A stretch of DNA of 64,000 bases, taken from assembly GCA_038884755.1 (NCBI GenBank), contig JAWABJ010000002.1:1-64000 (forward strand), read 5' to 3'. Position 1 is the stretch's first letter; each line of letters opens with the position of its first letter. The position numbers and the translations under genes were made by a program. The notes beneath the pieces were generated by a model, which was given only the letters and a program-made list of their open reading frames with translations, was not told where the DNA came from and did not search any database. This document shows positions 56,227-64,000 of this stretch, one piece after another. Source of the DNA: Candidatus Norongarragalinales archaeon. GTDB lineage: Archaea > Micrarchaeota > Micrarchaeia > Norongarragalinales > Norongarragalinaceae.

Positions 56227-56988
56227 TCACTTGAAAACGTCTTCGGTTTTCTTTACTTGAAGCCCGTGTTCGGTAATCGCGAAAGGGTGGAATGCAAGCG
56301 AATGTTTCGTTCCGCGCATTTTTCTTATGTATGCCGTGCGGTTTTCGCTCGAGCCTATGCTTAGCATGTTCAACAGTATTACTCCGTCTGCAACGTATTC
56401 TTCCACGCCGTACTTGCTGAATTTGAGAGAGCCGGTTTTGCTCGCGTCTTGTTCTTCGATTTCGGAAGTGAGGATCGATGTGATGCCTGATTTTCCGAGC
56501 GTATAGGAAAGCTTGAGGATGTTTTTTCGGATGTCGCCTTCTTTTTCTAGCAGTTGTCCCATTGCGGGAATGCTGTCTACTACCAGTCTTTTGGCGCCTA
56601 CTTTGCGGGCTGTTGCGAGCATTTCGACGAGCAGTTTGTTAAAATCAAGTCCGGGCATGAGCAAATGTTCTTCGTCGCTTGGAGCGCCGATTTTCGCGCT
56701 CGAACCGTCTAGAATCGCAATTTTGTCGTGTTTTTCTTCTTCGGCAATGTTCCAGCCGAAGCGGAGCATGTCTTGGCGGATTTTGTCGGGGTGTTCGTCG
56801 AAAGTGACGAAAACGCCGGGTTCGTTGTATTCCGTGGCGCCTTTGTAAAGGAATTCCATGCCGAAAATGCTTTTTCCCGTTCCTGACGCTCCTGAAACGA
56901 GCACGGTTCTACCGCGGGGTATGCCTCCTTCTATCAGTTCATCAAGCCCTTTGATGCCTGTTTTTACGCGGTCGAACCCGTCTGCCAT
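56227..56988 (-). CDS. KaiC/RAD55 family ATPase, single domain
   Basis: RVKTGI.GLD....GG.P, GASGTGKS, RLVVDS, EEYVADGVI.L, KMRGT.H. Confidence 0.92.
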   Translation of the reverse strand: MADGFDRVKTGIKGLDELIEGGIPRGRTVLVSGASGTGKSIFGMEFLYKGATEYNEPGVFVTFDEHPDKIRQDMLRFGWNIAEEEKHDKIAILDGSSAKIGAPSDEEHLLMPGLDFNKLLVEMLATARKVGAKRLVVDSIPAMGQLLEKEGDIRKNILKLSYTLGKSGITSILTSEIEEQDASKTGSLKFSKYGVEEYVADGVILLNMLSIGSSENRTAYIRKMRGTKHSLAFHPFAITEHGLQVKKTEDVFK

Positions 56989-57065
56989 GTTTTTCTTACT
57001 CCGCGCGGCTTTAAAACCGTTTTTTTAATTGCAAACGTGCTTATTTTTACTGTAGGCTGGTTGGT

Positions 57066-58319
57066 TTGGCTATACGTTTTGCTCACATGTCGGACGTTCA
57101 CTTGGGCGCGTTTCGCGAGAAGGAATTGCGCGAGTTGAACATACGCGCGTTCGAAAAGGCGGTCGACGTTTGCGTCGAAAAGAACGCAGATTTCGTCGTT
57201 ATTGCGGGAGACTTTTTCGACATTGCATTGCCGGAAATGGGCGTTATCGACAGGGCGGTGCGCAAGATGCGCGAAGCGCAAGCGCGGGGAATGCGGTTTT
57301 ATTTGGTTTACGGCTCTCACGATTACTCGCCTACCGAAACGAGCGTGATAGACGTTTTGTGTTCGGCGGGGGTTTTAGTGAAAGTTTCGGGTGAAGAAAC
57401 TGGCGCTGATGGCGTGAAAACGCTCAAGGTTTTCAAGGACGAAAAGACGGGCGTTAGCTTTGCCGGAGTCTCCGCGAGGGCTCGCGGCTTGGAGGAAGCA
57501 GAGTTCCAAAAAATCGATTTTTCTGTGCTCGAAAGCGTGCCAAACCCGAAGATTTTCGTTTTTCATTCTGCGGTTTCCGAATATACTCGCGAGGAGTTTC
57601 ACGGTTTTGCGGGCGGGGTTTCCGTAAATTCGCTTCCGAAGGGTTTCGATTATTACGCGACGGGGCACGTGCACTTGCCGCAAGTGATTCGCGATCCAGC
57701 ACTGCAAAACAAGCCGTTGGTTTTTCCTGGCCCGTTGTTTGCTTCTGATTATAGGGATTTGGAGGCGCTTGCGAATGAAAAGCACGGTTTTTGGTTTTGC
57801 ACTTTGGAAAGCGGAGCGTGCAACGTAGAGCGCGTTGAGCTTGACGCGTGTCGCGTGGTTTTCTTGCAGTACGATGCTTCTGGAAAAGATTCTTCTGTGG
57901 TGGAGGGAGATTTGCTGGAGTTGGTTTCTTCGCAGGATTTGCAGGGTAAAGTGGTTTTGCTGCGTGTTGCGGGGATTTTGTCGAGCGGTTCGCCCAAGGA
58001 CGTCAACTTTTCGGCTCTGCGCGAGAAGGCGAACTCGCGAGGAGCTCTTGTTTTTTATCTAAACCGCAATGCGCTAGAATCGAGAGAGCGGGAGGTGTTG
58101 GTCTCCAGTCCTGCGGACGCTTGGAATGTGGAGGAAGAGTTGTTCGCAAAGAGTTTGGAGTCGCTTTCGGGAGTTTCTCAAGAGCTCAAGGGTTCTGCCG
58201 GAATTCTAAAGTCGAAGGCGTTGCTTTCCGCGCTTAAGACCGAGCAAGCGGGCGGCGAGTCGAAAGCGGATTTTGACTTGAGGATAGCGCGCGTTTCGAA
58301 GGAAGTTTTGGGTGCGTGA
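57066..58319 (+). CDS. mre11: DNA double-strand break repair nuclease Mre11
   Basis: DVHLG, AGDFFD, GSHD, FH, YYATGHVH, FPG; directly upstream of Rad50. Confidence 0.9.
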   Translation: MAIRFAHMSDVHLGAFREKELRELNIRAFEKAVDVCVEKNADFVVIAGDFFDIALPEMGVIDRAVRKMREAQARGMRFYLVYGSHDYSPTETSVIDVLCSAGVLVKVSGEETGADGVKTLKVFKDEKTGVSFAGVSARARGLEEAEFQKIDFSVLESVPNPKIFVFHSAVSEYTREEFHGFAGGVSVNSLPKGFDYYATGHVHLPQVIRDPALQNKPLVFPGPLFASDYRDLEALANEKHGFWFCTLESGACNVERVELDACRVVFLQYDASGKDSSVVEGDLLELVSSQDLQGKVVLLRVAGILSSGSPKDVNFSALREKANSRGALVFYLNRNALESREREVLVSSPADAWNVEEELFAKSLESLSGVSQELKGSAGILKSKALLSALKTEQAGGESKADFDLRIARVSKEVLGA

Positions 58320-58323
58320 AAAA

Positions 58324-60327
58324 ATGTTTTTGAAGAGGCTGGAATTGCAGAACATCCGAAGCTATTCGCGCGCGGAGGTCGCGTTCGGCGAGGGTGTGTT
58401 GCTTTTCGAGGGGGATGTGGGCTGCGGCAAGAGCAGCATTCTTTACGCGATAGAATTCGCCTTGTTCGGGCTGGGTGATTTGAACGCGTCGTTTTTGCTT
58501 CGCAATTCGGCGCAGTCTGGCTTCGTTAGGCTTTGTTTTGAAGTGGGCGGGAGGGAGTACGAGGTTTTCCGCACTCTGGAAAAAAAGAAGACTTCTGTTC
58601 AGCAGGGCGAGTGTTTCATTATAGCGGACGGTAAGAAAACGCTTTATACCCCTTCGGAAATGAAGCCCGCCGTGTTGCAGATTCTAGGTTTTAAAGAGCC
58701 TTCCAATCCGCGTTCTCAGTCGATAATCTACCGTTACGCGGTATTCACTCCCCAGGAGGAGATGAAAAAGATTCTCGAGGAAAAGTCGGAAGAACGGCTG
58801 CAAACGCTTCGCAAGGCGTTTGGAGTTGAGGAATACCGGATTGCGAGGGACAATTCTGCAATAGTTTTGAAAGATTTGCGGGAGGAAGCGAGGTTTTTGG
58901 AAGGGCAGGCTGCCGATTTGCCCCAGCTTGAGGGAGAGCGCGTTTCGCTGGAGTCGCGCGTTGAACAGCTTGTTGTGGAAAGTGCAGGTGCTGCCGGGAA
59001 AGCTAAGGCGGCCGAGGAAGCGCTTGCGAATGCGAAAAAACAGTTTTTGGAAATACAGTCGCAATTGTCTTCATTCAGGACGGTCAAGGCGGAATTGCCT
59101 TTGATTGAAAAAAGGTTGGAAGACCTGCGTTCGGCGTTGGGAGATGCATTGGAACAAACGGGTTTTCTTGAAAGCGAGGTTGCGGATTTTGAACAGCAGC
59201 TTTCGGAATTCAAGATAGTTGAAATCGATTACTCGAAAACGCAGGCGGAGTATAAGAAGGTGCGGGAGCAGAGCGCCGCGCTGGCGAACGAAATTGGCGC
59301 TTTGCAGGGAAAACAGAAGGATTACGCGTTGTTGAAGGAGAGGGGTGTTTGCCCCACGTGCGGGCAGGCGATTTCGGGCGATTTCGAAAAGCACGCTTCG
59401 GAACTCGCGGCGCTAGTGGTAGAAAAGCAGGGTGTTTTGGAAAAATTGAAGGATGAAGAAGAGGATTTGGCCATGGTTTTGGAGAAAGCCGTGCAGCAGA
59501 ATGCTTCGCTTCAGAGGAAAAAAGATTTGGAAAAGCGCGTGGAGAAAAACAGAGTTGACTTGCGTGCGCTTGCTCAAAAAACTTCTTTATTGCAGGAGGA
59601 GCTTCCCGTGTTGGAAAAAATGGTTGCGGAAAAGCGTTCTGCCCTCGCTTCCTTGGCGGGCGTAGAGGAGAACGCGCGTGCGTTGGAAAAAACCGTTTTG
59701 GCTGCCGAAGCGGAGTTCAAAACGGCTTTTTCGCAGAAAACGCGCTTGGAAACCCAGCTTGCCGAGGCGAAGCATAGGGCGGGGGAGATTGAAAAAAGGA
59801 TTGTCGAAAAGCGGGTTTCTCTGGCGAAGCTTGCGGGGTTGAAGGAAAGGAAGGCATGGCTGGAAGAGCATTTCATCCCTTCTCTTTCGGCGATCGAAAC
59901 GCACGTTCTCGCTGGGCTCAACCGAGAGTTCGGGTTGTTGTTCAAGAAATGGTTTTCTTTGCTGGTCGAAAGCCAGGATTTGAACGTGGAAGCGGGAGAG
60001 CAGTTCGAGCCGCTGGTGGAAATAAACGGCTACGAGCATTCCTACCAAACGCTTTCTGGGGGCGAAAAAAGCGCGCTTGCGCTTGCTTACCGCCTTGCTT
60101 TGAATGCGTTGGTGAAGAGCGTGAGTGCGTCGATGCAGGAAAACCTTTTGATTCTCGACGAGCCTACGGATGGGTTTAGCAAAGAGCAGCTGGGGTGCAT
60201 GCGTAGTGTTTTGAACGAGTTGAACTGCAAGCAGGTTTTGCTGGTTTCGCACGAGCGCGAGCTTGAGACGTTTGCGGACAAGGTGTTTCGCGTGGAAAAA
60301 AAAGATGGTGTGTCGGTCATTTTTTGA
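58324..60327 (+). CDS. rad50: DNA repair ATPase Rad50, short coiled coil
   Basis: NIRSY, GDVGCGKSS, Q-loop, CPTCG zinc hook, LSGGE, LILDEPT, VSH. Confidence 0.92.
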   Translation: MFLKRLELQNIRSYSRAEVAFGEGVLLFEGDVGCGKSSILYAIEFALFGLGDLNASFLLRNSAQSGFVRLCFEVGGREYEVFRTLEKKKTSVQQGECFIIADGKKTLYTPSEMKPAVLQILGFKEPSNPRSQSIIYRYAVFTPQEEMKKILEEKSEERLQTLRKAFGVEEYRIARDNSAIVLKDLREEARFLEGQAADLPQLEGERVSLESRVEQLVVESAGAAGKAKAAEEALANAKKQFLEIQSQLSSFRTVKAELPLIEKRLEDLRSALGDALEQTGFLESEVADFEQQLSEFKIVEIDYSKTQAEYKKVREQSAALANEIGALQGKQKDYALLKERGVCPTCGQAISGDFEKHASELAALVVEKQGVLEKLKDEEEDLAMVLEKAVQQNASLQRKKDLEKRVEKNRVDLRALAQKTSLLQEELPVLEKMVAEKRSALASLAGVEENARALEKTVLAAEAEFKTAFSQKTRLETQLAEAKHRAGEIEKRIVEKRVSLAKLAGLKERKAWLEEHFIPSLSAIETHVLAGLNREFGLLFKKWFSLLVESQDLNVEAGEQFEPLVEINGYEHSYQTLSGGEKSALALAYRLALNALVKSVSASMQENLLILDEPTDGFSKEQLGCMRSVLNELNCKQVLLVSHERELETFADKVFRVEKKDGVSVIF

Positions 60328-61966
60328 AGAACAAGACTCCTTTTTCCTTGCTTCCTTCTTTTTTCCTCGTTGAAGAGTAGAGCACGTACAACGCTATCGC
60401 TCCTGCGAACGTAAGGAGCACTATTTCTGCCTGTCCGGTTCCGCTTTGGAAAGAAGAGGCTATGAACGGGAGTATGAGCATGAAGACCGTGAGCGACACT
60501 ACTCTCGAAAACCGTTCGACGCTTTTGGTTTGGGTTTTGGCCATCCACACTATGCTTTTTTGGATTCCGAAGGAAAATGCGAGTGCGGCGGCAAGCATTG
60601 CCAGTTGCGTGAGGGTAAACCCGACTATTTTCACGTCCGCAAGTGCTGGAGCGAACCTGGCGACTGCGCCGAACACCAGCGCGATGATTCCTGCGGCCCA
60701 AAACCTCGAGTTTTGGCGTACTGCGCCGAAACTCGTTTTTCCGGCGGAGTCGATTGAAGAAATGGCTTCGGAAAATGCGAAAGATGCGTTGACCGCAGTG
60801 TTTCTCGCCGGCGTGGGAATGAGTTTTACGAACAGGTCGTTGAGGCGTTCGAACTTGTCGAGCCATAATGCGGTTGCAAGCGTTGAAAAGAAGACGGTAG
60901 CGGAAGTAAAGCCTATCAAGTCGAAGCCTACTGCCGCGTTGCCTTGCTTTGCTATCAGCAGGGAAAACTCTCCGACAGGCAGCATCGCGAGGCCGGAGAA
61001 GAACGATTGTCTTGAAGAGAAGCCGAACAAGTATGTCGAGGAATACGTTCCGGCGAACTTGAACAGTAAGTTTGCCATGATGAGTATTGCTATCACGATG
61101 GCGTTTTGCTGGACTGAGGAAAAGTTGATAAGCATGCCTATGGAGAGAAAGAAAATGCTTGAGAATGCGAGGACGAACGGGTGTATGCTTTTCTCGAGCA
61201 AACTGCCTTTCGGTAGAGAGGCTATCATGCTTCCTGCGAGAAAAGCGCCTATCGACGGGGCGAGGCCTATCAATTGCGCAAAATAGCTGAATCCTACGCC
61301 TACCCCGAGCGCGAGGAGCGTTGTGGTTTCGGCGGCTTGGTATTTGATGAAGTAGTCCAAAACCCAGCCGAGTATTTTCATTACCACTACGTAAGCGGCT
61401 ATGAGCGCCAGCACCGAAACGGTTATGGAGTAAGCGAGCGTGCGCGTGCTCACTCCCCCGTCTCCCAAGCCCGAAAACACCGCCAAAGCAAATACGGCGA
61501 ACAGGTCTTCGATTATGAGCGTTGCTATGAGGATGGGCACTTCGCCGCGCGAAAGGTAGTTTTTCTGCTCTACTATCTTGATCATGAGCGCGGTGGAAGT
61601 GATGGCCAGGATGGCGCCGATGTACAGCGCGCCAACGTTGCTGAAGCCGAGGAGGGAAGCAAGTTGGAACGACAGAAAGAATATTATGGCGAGTTTTGCG
61701 ACTGCAATGCCAAGCACGCGTATCCCCAGTTTTGCGAGTTTGGACATGCTGAATTCGACGCCGATGGCGAAAAGCAGCAGCGTCGCGCCGATTTCGGAAA
61801 ACAATTCGACGGTTTCGCTTTGTGAAACCAGAGCGAGAAAGTTGGGTCCGACTATGGCGCCTATCAAAAGCAGCCCGAGCACGGGCGGTACGCGAAAGCG
61901 GTTTGCAATCACACCTGCAACCGTAGCGCACAAAACCAGTATTCCTACGTCGACCAAAACGGCCAT
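60317..61966 (-). CDS. cation:proton antiporter (CPA2/Kef-like), no TrkA domain
   Basis: G..VGP, EIG..LLLF.IG.EFS, STA...K, LIIED, GAFLAG, FF.SIG, GEFS. Confidence 0.88.
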   Translation of the reverse strand: MAVLVDVGILVLCATVAGVIANRFRVPPVLGLLLIGAIVGPNFLALVSQSETVELFSEIGATLLLFAIGVEFSMSKLAKLGIRVLGIAVAKLAIIFFLSFQLASLLGFSNVGALYIGAILAITSTALMIKIVEQKNYLSRGEVPILIATLIIEDLFAVFALAVFSGLGDGGVSTRTLAYSITVSVLALIAAYVVVMKILGWVLDYFIKYQAAETTTLLALGVGVGFSYFAQLIGLAPSIGAFLAGSMIASLPKGSLLEKSIHPFVLAFSSIFFLSIGMLINFSSVQQNAIVIAILIMANLLFKFAGTYSSTYLFGFSSRQSFFSGLAMLPVGEFSLLIAKQGNAAVGFDLIGFTSATVFFSTLATALWLDKFERLNDLFVKLIPTPARNTAVNASFAFSEAISSIDSAGKTSFGAVRQNSRFWAAGIIALVFGAVARFAPALADVKIVGFTLTQLAMLAAALAFSFGIQKSIVWMAKTQTKSVERFSRVVSLTVFMLILPFIASSFQSGTGQAEIVLLTFAGAIALYVLYSSTRKKEGSKEKGVLFFKK

Positions 61967-62016
61967 TGGAATTTTACTGCAATATTGTTTTTAACTGTGC
62001 TTTCGCTCAAAGTGTT

Positions 62017-62817
62017 ATGGCAGAAATAAAGAGGAGAGTCATCCAGAAGCTGTTCACGCCAGCGAAAAACAGCCACAAGGGGCAGAACGGCGTTTTGTTC
62101 GTGATAGGCGGGAGTGAAAAGTACCACGGCGCCCCGCTTTTGGCAATCAAAGCCGCGTCGAGAATAGTCGATTTGGTTTACTTTCACTCTCCCGCGGTTT
62201 TGAACCACGCCGTTCTCGTTGCAATCAAGCGCAAGAGCGATTGTTTCATTGCGGTTCCGGGCGAAGAAGTTTTCGGTGCAGCCGAAAAGTGTGACTGCCT
62301 TCTCGTGGGCAACGGGTTGGAGTTGAATGGCGAAAACAAGGTTTTGGTCAACATGCTTTTGAAAATGTTTCCGCAAAAAAAGTTTGTTTTGGATGCTGGA
62401 GCTTTGCATTTGGTTGAGCGGAAGTTTTTGGGGCCCAACGTGCTGGTGACGCCTCACCCGTTGGAGTTCAAGGCGCTGTTTGGGGCGGAGGCTTCGCCTT
62501 TGGAGGCGAAGCGGCAGGCGGCGAAGTACGGTTGCGTGGTTTTACTGAAGAAAATCTTTTGTTTTGTGACGGACGGGAAAACTCTTTTTCAAAACAAGAA
62601 CGGAAACCAGGGTATGACCAAGGGAGGGACGGGTGACGTTCTGGCGGGGCTTGCGGCCGCGTTTGCCTGTAAAAACTCGTTGCTGCTTTCAGCGCAAGCG
62701 GCGGCGTTCTTAAACGGTTTTGCCGCCGATAGGCTGAAGAAAAGAAAGGGAATTTATTATAATGCTGATGATTTGGTTGAGGAAATTCCTTTCGTGTTGA
62801 AGCAATTGAAAGGTTGA
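62017..62817 (+). CDS. nnrD: NAD(P)H-hydrate dehydratase
   Basis: SHKG.NG...VIGGS..Y.GAP, G.GL, LDAGAL, TPH..EF, GN.GM..GG.GDVLAG. Confidence 0.92.
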   Translation: MAEIKRRVIQKLFTPAKNSHKGQNGVLFVIGGSEKYHGAPLLAIKAASRIVDLVYFHSPAVLNHAVLVAIKRKSDCFIAVPGEEVFGAAEKCDCLLVGNGLELNGENKVLVNMLLKMFPQKKFVLDAGALHLVERKFLGPNVLVTPHPLEFKALFGAEASPLEAKRQAAKYGCVVLLKKIFCFVTDGKTLFQNKNGNQGMTKGGTGDVLAGLAAAFACKNSLLLSAQAAAFLNGFAADRLKKRKGIYYNADDLVEEIPFVLKQLKG

Positions 62818-62821
62818 CCGT

Positions 62822-63100
62822 ATGGCTGCAGAAGCGGTATTCGCACTTCCAAACTGGGTTTTCCTAACCGGAGGAATACTCCTGGTTTTGCTCGCGATAG
62901 CCGTGGTTTTCTTTCTCAAAAACTTTTTGGCGAACAGCCTTTTGGGCGTCGCGGCGCTATTGGTGATAAACTTTCTCGGAGCATCGTCCGGAATCAGCAT
63001 TCCGCTAAACTTGCTTACTGTGGTAATATGCGGCGTGCTCGGTTTGGCTGGAGCTGGTCTGATTCTGCTTTTGTTTTTCTTTGGAATCAAGATTTACTAG
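62822..63100 (+). CDS. BofA-like small membrane protein
   Basis: N...G...L..IN......IP.N..T....G.LG..G pattern. Confidence 0.75.
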   Translation: MAAEAVFALPNWVFLTGGILLVLLAIAVVFFLKNFLANSLLGVAALLVINFLGASSGISIPLNLLTVVICGVLGLAGAGLILLLFFFGIKIY

Positions 63101-63732
63101 CGCGCTTTGAATGCGGAGGGGCAAATGTCGTTCAAAACGCACTCGCCGCATTTGGGGTTTCGCGGGAGGCACGTTTTCTGCCCGTGCAATACGAGCAGGT
63201 TGTTGACGTCAATCCAATAGTTTTTCGGAATGTTCTTCATTAATTCGAACTCTGTTTTCTCTGGTGTTTTGGTTTTCACCCAGCCGAGGCGGTTGGAGAT
63301 GCGGTGCACGTGCGTGTCGACTGGAATTGCGGGTTTGCGGAAGGCGTAAACCAAAACGCATCCTGCGACCTTTCGCCCAACTCCGGGCAGCTGCATGAGT
63401 TCTTCCATCGTGTCGGGAACGCGCCCGCCGTAATCGTTCAAGAGCATTCGACTCAGGCGTTTGACGTAGCGGGCTTTGGTTTTGTAAAACCCTGCCGGTT
63501 TGATGAGTCGTTCTATGCTTTTCAAAGGCGCTTTCGCCAGCTTTTGTGCAGTGGAGTGTTTTGAGAAAAGCTGTGAAGATGCTTTGGCGGTGTTTGCGTC
63601 CTTCGTGCGCGCGCTCAGCACCGTTCCTACGAGACATTGGAAAGCGCTCATTTTCCTTCCGCTGAAAGCGGTTTCCTTCGCAAAAGCTTTTTGCAAGCGC
63701 TTCAAGACGGTTTTTACCGGTGCTTTTTTCAC
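63097..63732 (-). CDS. nth: endonuclease III
   Basis: LSA.T.D, GFY..KA, LPGVGRK.A, VDTHVHR, C-x6-C-x2-C-x5-C cluster; GTG 63732 preferred start. Confidence 0.95.
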   Translation of the reverse strand: MKKAPVKTVLKRLQKAFAKETAFSGRKMSAFQCLVGTVLSARTKDANTAKASSQLFSKHSTAQKLAKAPLKSIERLIKPAGFYKTKARYVKRLSRMLLNDYGGRVPDTMEELMQLPGVGRKVAGCVLVYAFRKPAIPVDTHVHRISNRLGWVKTKTPEKTEFELMKNIPKNYWIDVNNLLVLHGQKTCLPRNPKCGECVLNDICPSAFKAR

Positions 63733-63806
63733 GAGTTTAAATTCGGTTTTAATGCTTTTATAGAATCGCAGGATGAAGCGTGTGGGGTTGGAGGCATATC
63801 CCAAAA

Positions 63807-63908
63807 ATGGGCAGTAGGTGGAAGTGTCCTTCATGCACGCAGCAGTACGACTATTGGAGTGAAGAGTGCTCGTCGTGCGGAGGCGTGGTGCTGGAACACC
63901 AGGATTGA
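63807..63908 (+). CDS. small zinc-finger microprotein
   Basis: 33 aa, absent from the ORF track: MGSRWKCPSCTQQYDYWSEECSSCGGVVLEHQD; GGAGG upstream. Confidence 0.55.
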   Translation: MGSRWKCPSCTQQYDYWSEECSSCGGVVLEHQD

Positions 63909-64000
63909 TTTAAGAAAAAGGAAAAAAGGAGGGCGTAGGAAGTTTCGTCATATGATTTAGTTTTCACTCTTTCTTCACTTCACGAGTTTTACGAACTTCG

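Noticed and set aside
56227..56988. Circadian clock KaiC
   Set aside because: Single-domain archaeal KaiC-like ATPase with no kaiA or kaiB
60087..61931. 614-aa minus-strand ORF and similar long alternates (4641..5591, 19854..20762, 5' part of 21432..22592)
   Set aside because: Arg-rich off-frame or antisense shadows of well-supported genes
1..64000. CRISPR array or cas genes
   Set aside because: No regularly spaced repeat-spacer series seen; the repeats near 27 kb have only two copies each

Overview
Archaeal chromosomal segment (histone, TFE, Rpo6, Trm56, DTD2, CTP-dependent riboflavin kinase, BHB-type tRNA introns), by inference from a DPANN archaeon, probably Micrarchaeota-like given the non-canonical tRNA introns. 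The main result is a compact, apparently complete eukaryote-type ubiquitination locus at 15270-18621: E1, a wHTH plus C4HC3 RING E3, a JAB/MPN+ protease, a pro-ubiquitin ending GG-KR, and a UBC E2. It sits among DNA-repair and chromatin genes (RecJ/GAN, histone, NreA, Lhr). Other points of interest: (1) a candidate replication origin at about 25.9-28.2 kb, with a strand-skew switch, inverted ORB-like G-string elements, repeats and an adjacent wHTH gene but no orc1/cdc6; (2) an initiator tRNA-Met with two non-canonical introns; (3) a mosaic riboflavin operon with a broken ribD; (4) a bacterial-type sufCBDSU operon led by a Cys-rich HTH regulator; (5) a low-GC island at about 45.9-56.2 kb encoding a LuxE/LuxC-like pair, FIST and V4R sensors and an aminotransferase/IMPase/PfkB trio next to a KaiC-family ATPase. 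All calls come from motif recognition by eye; no searches were run.
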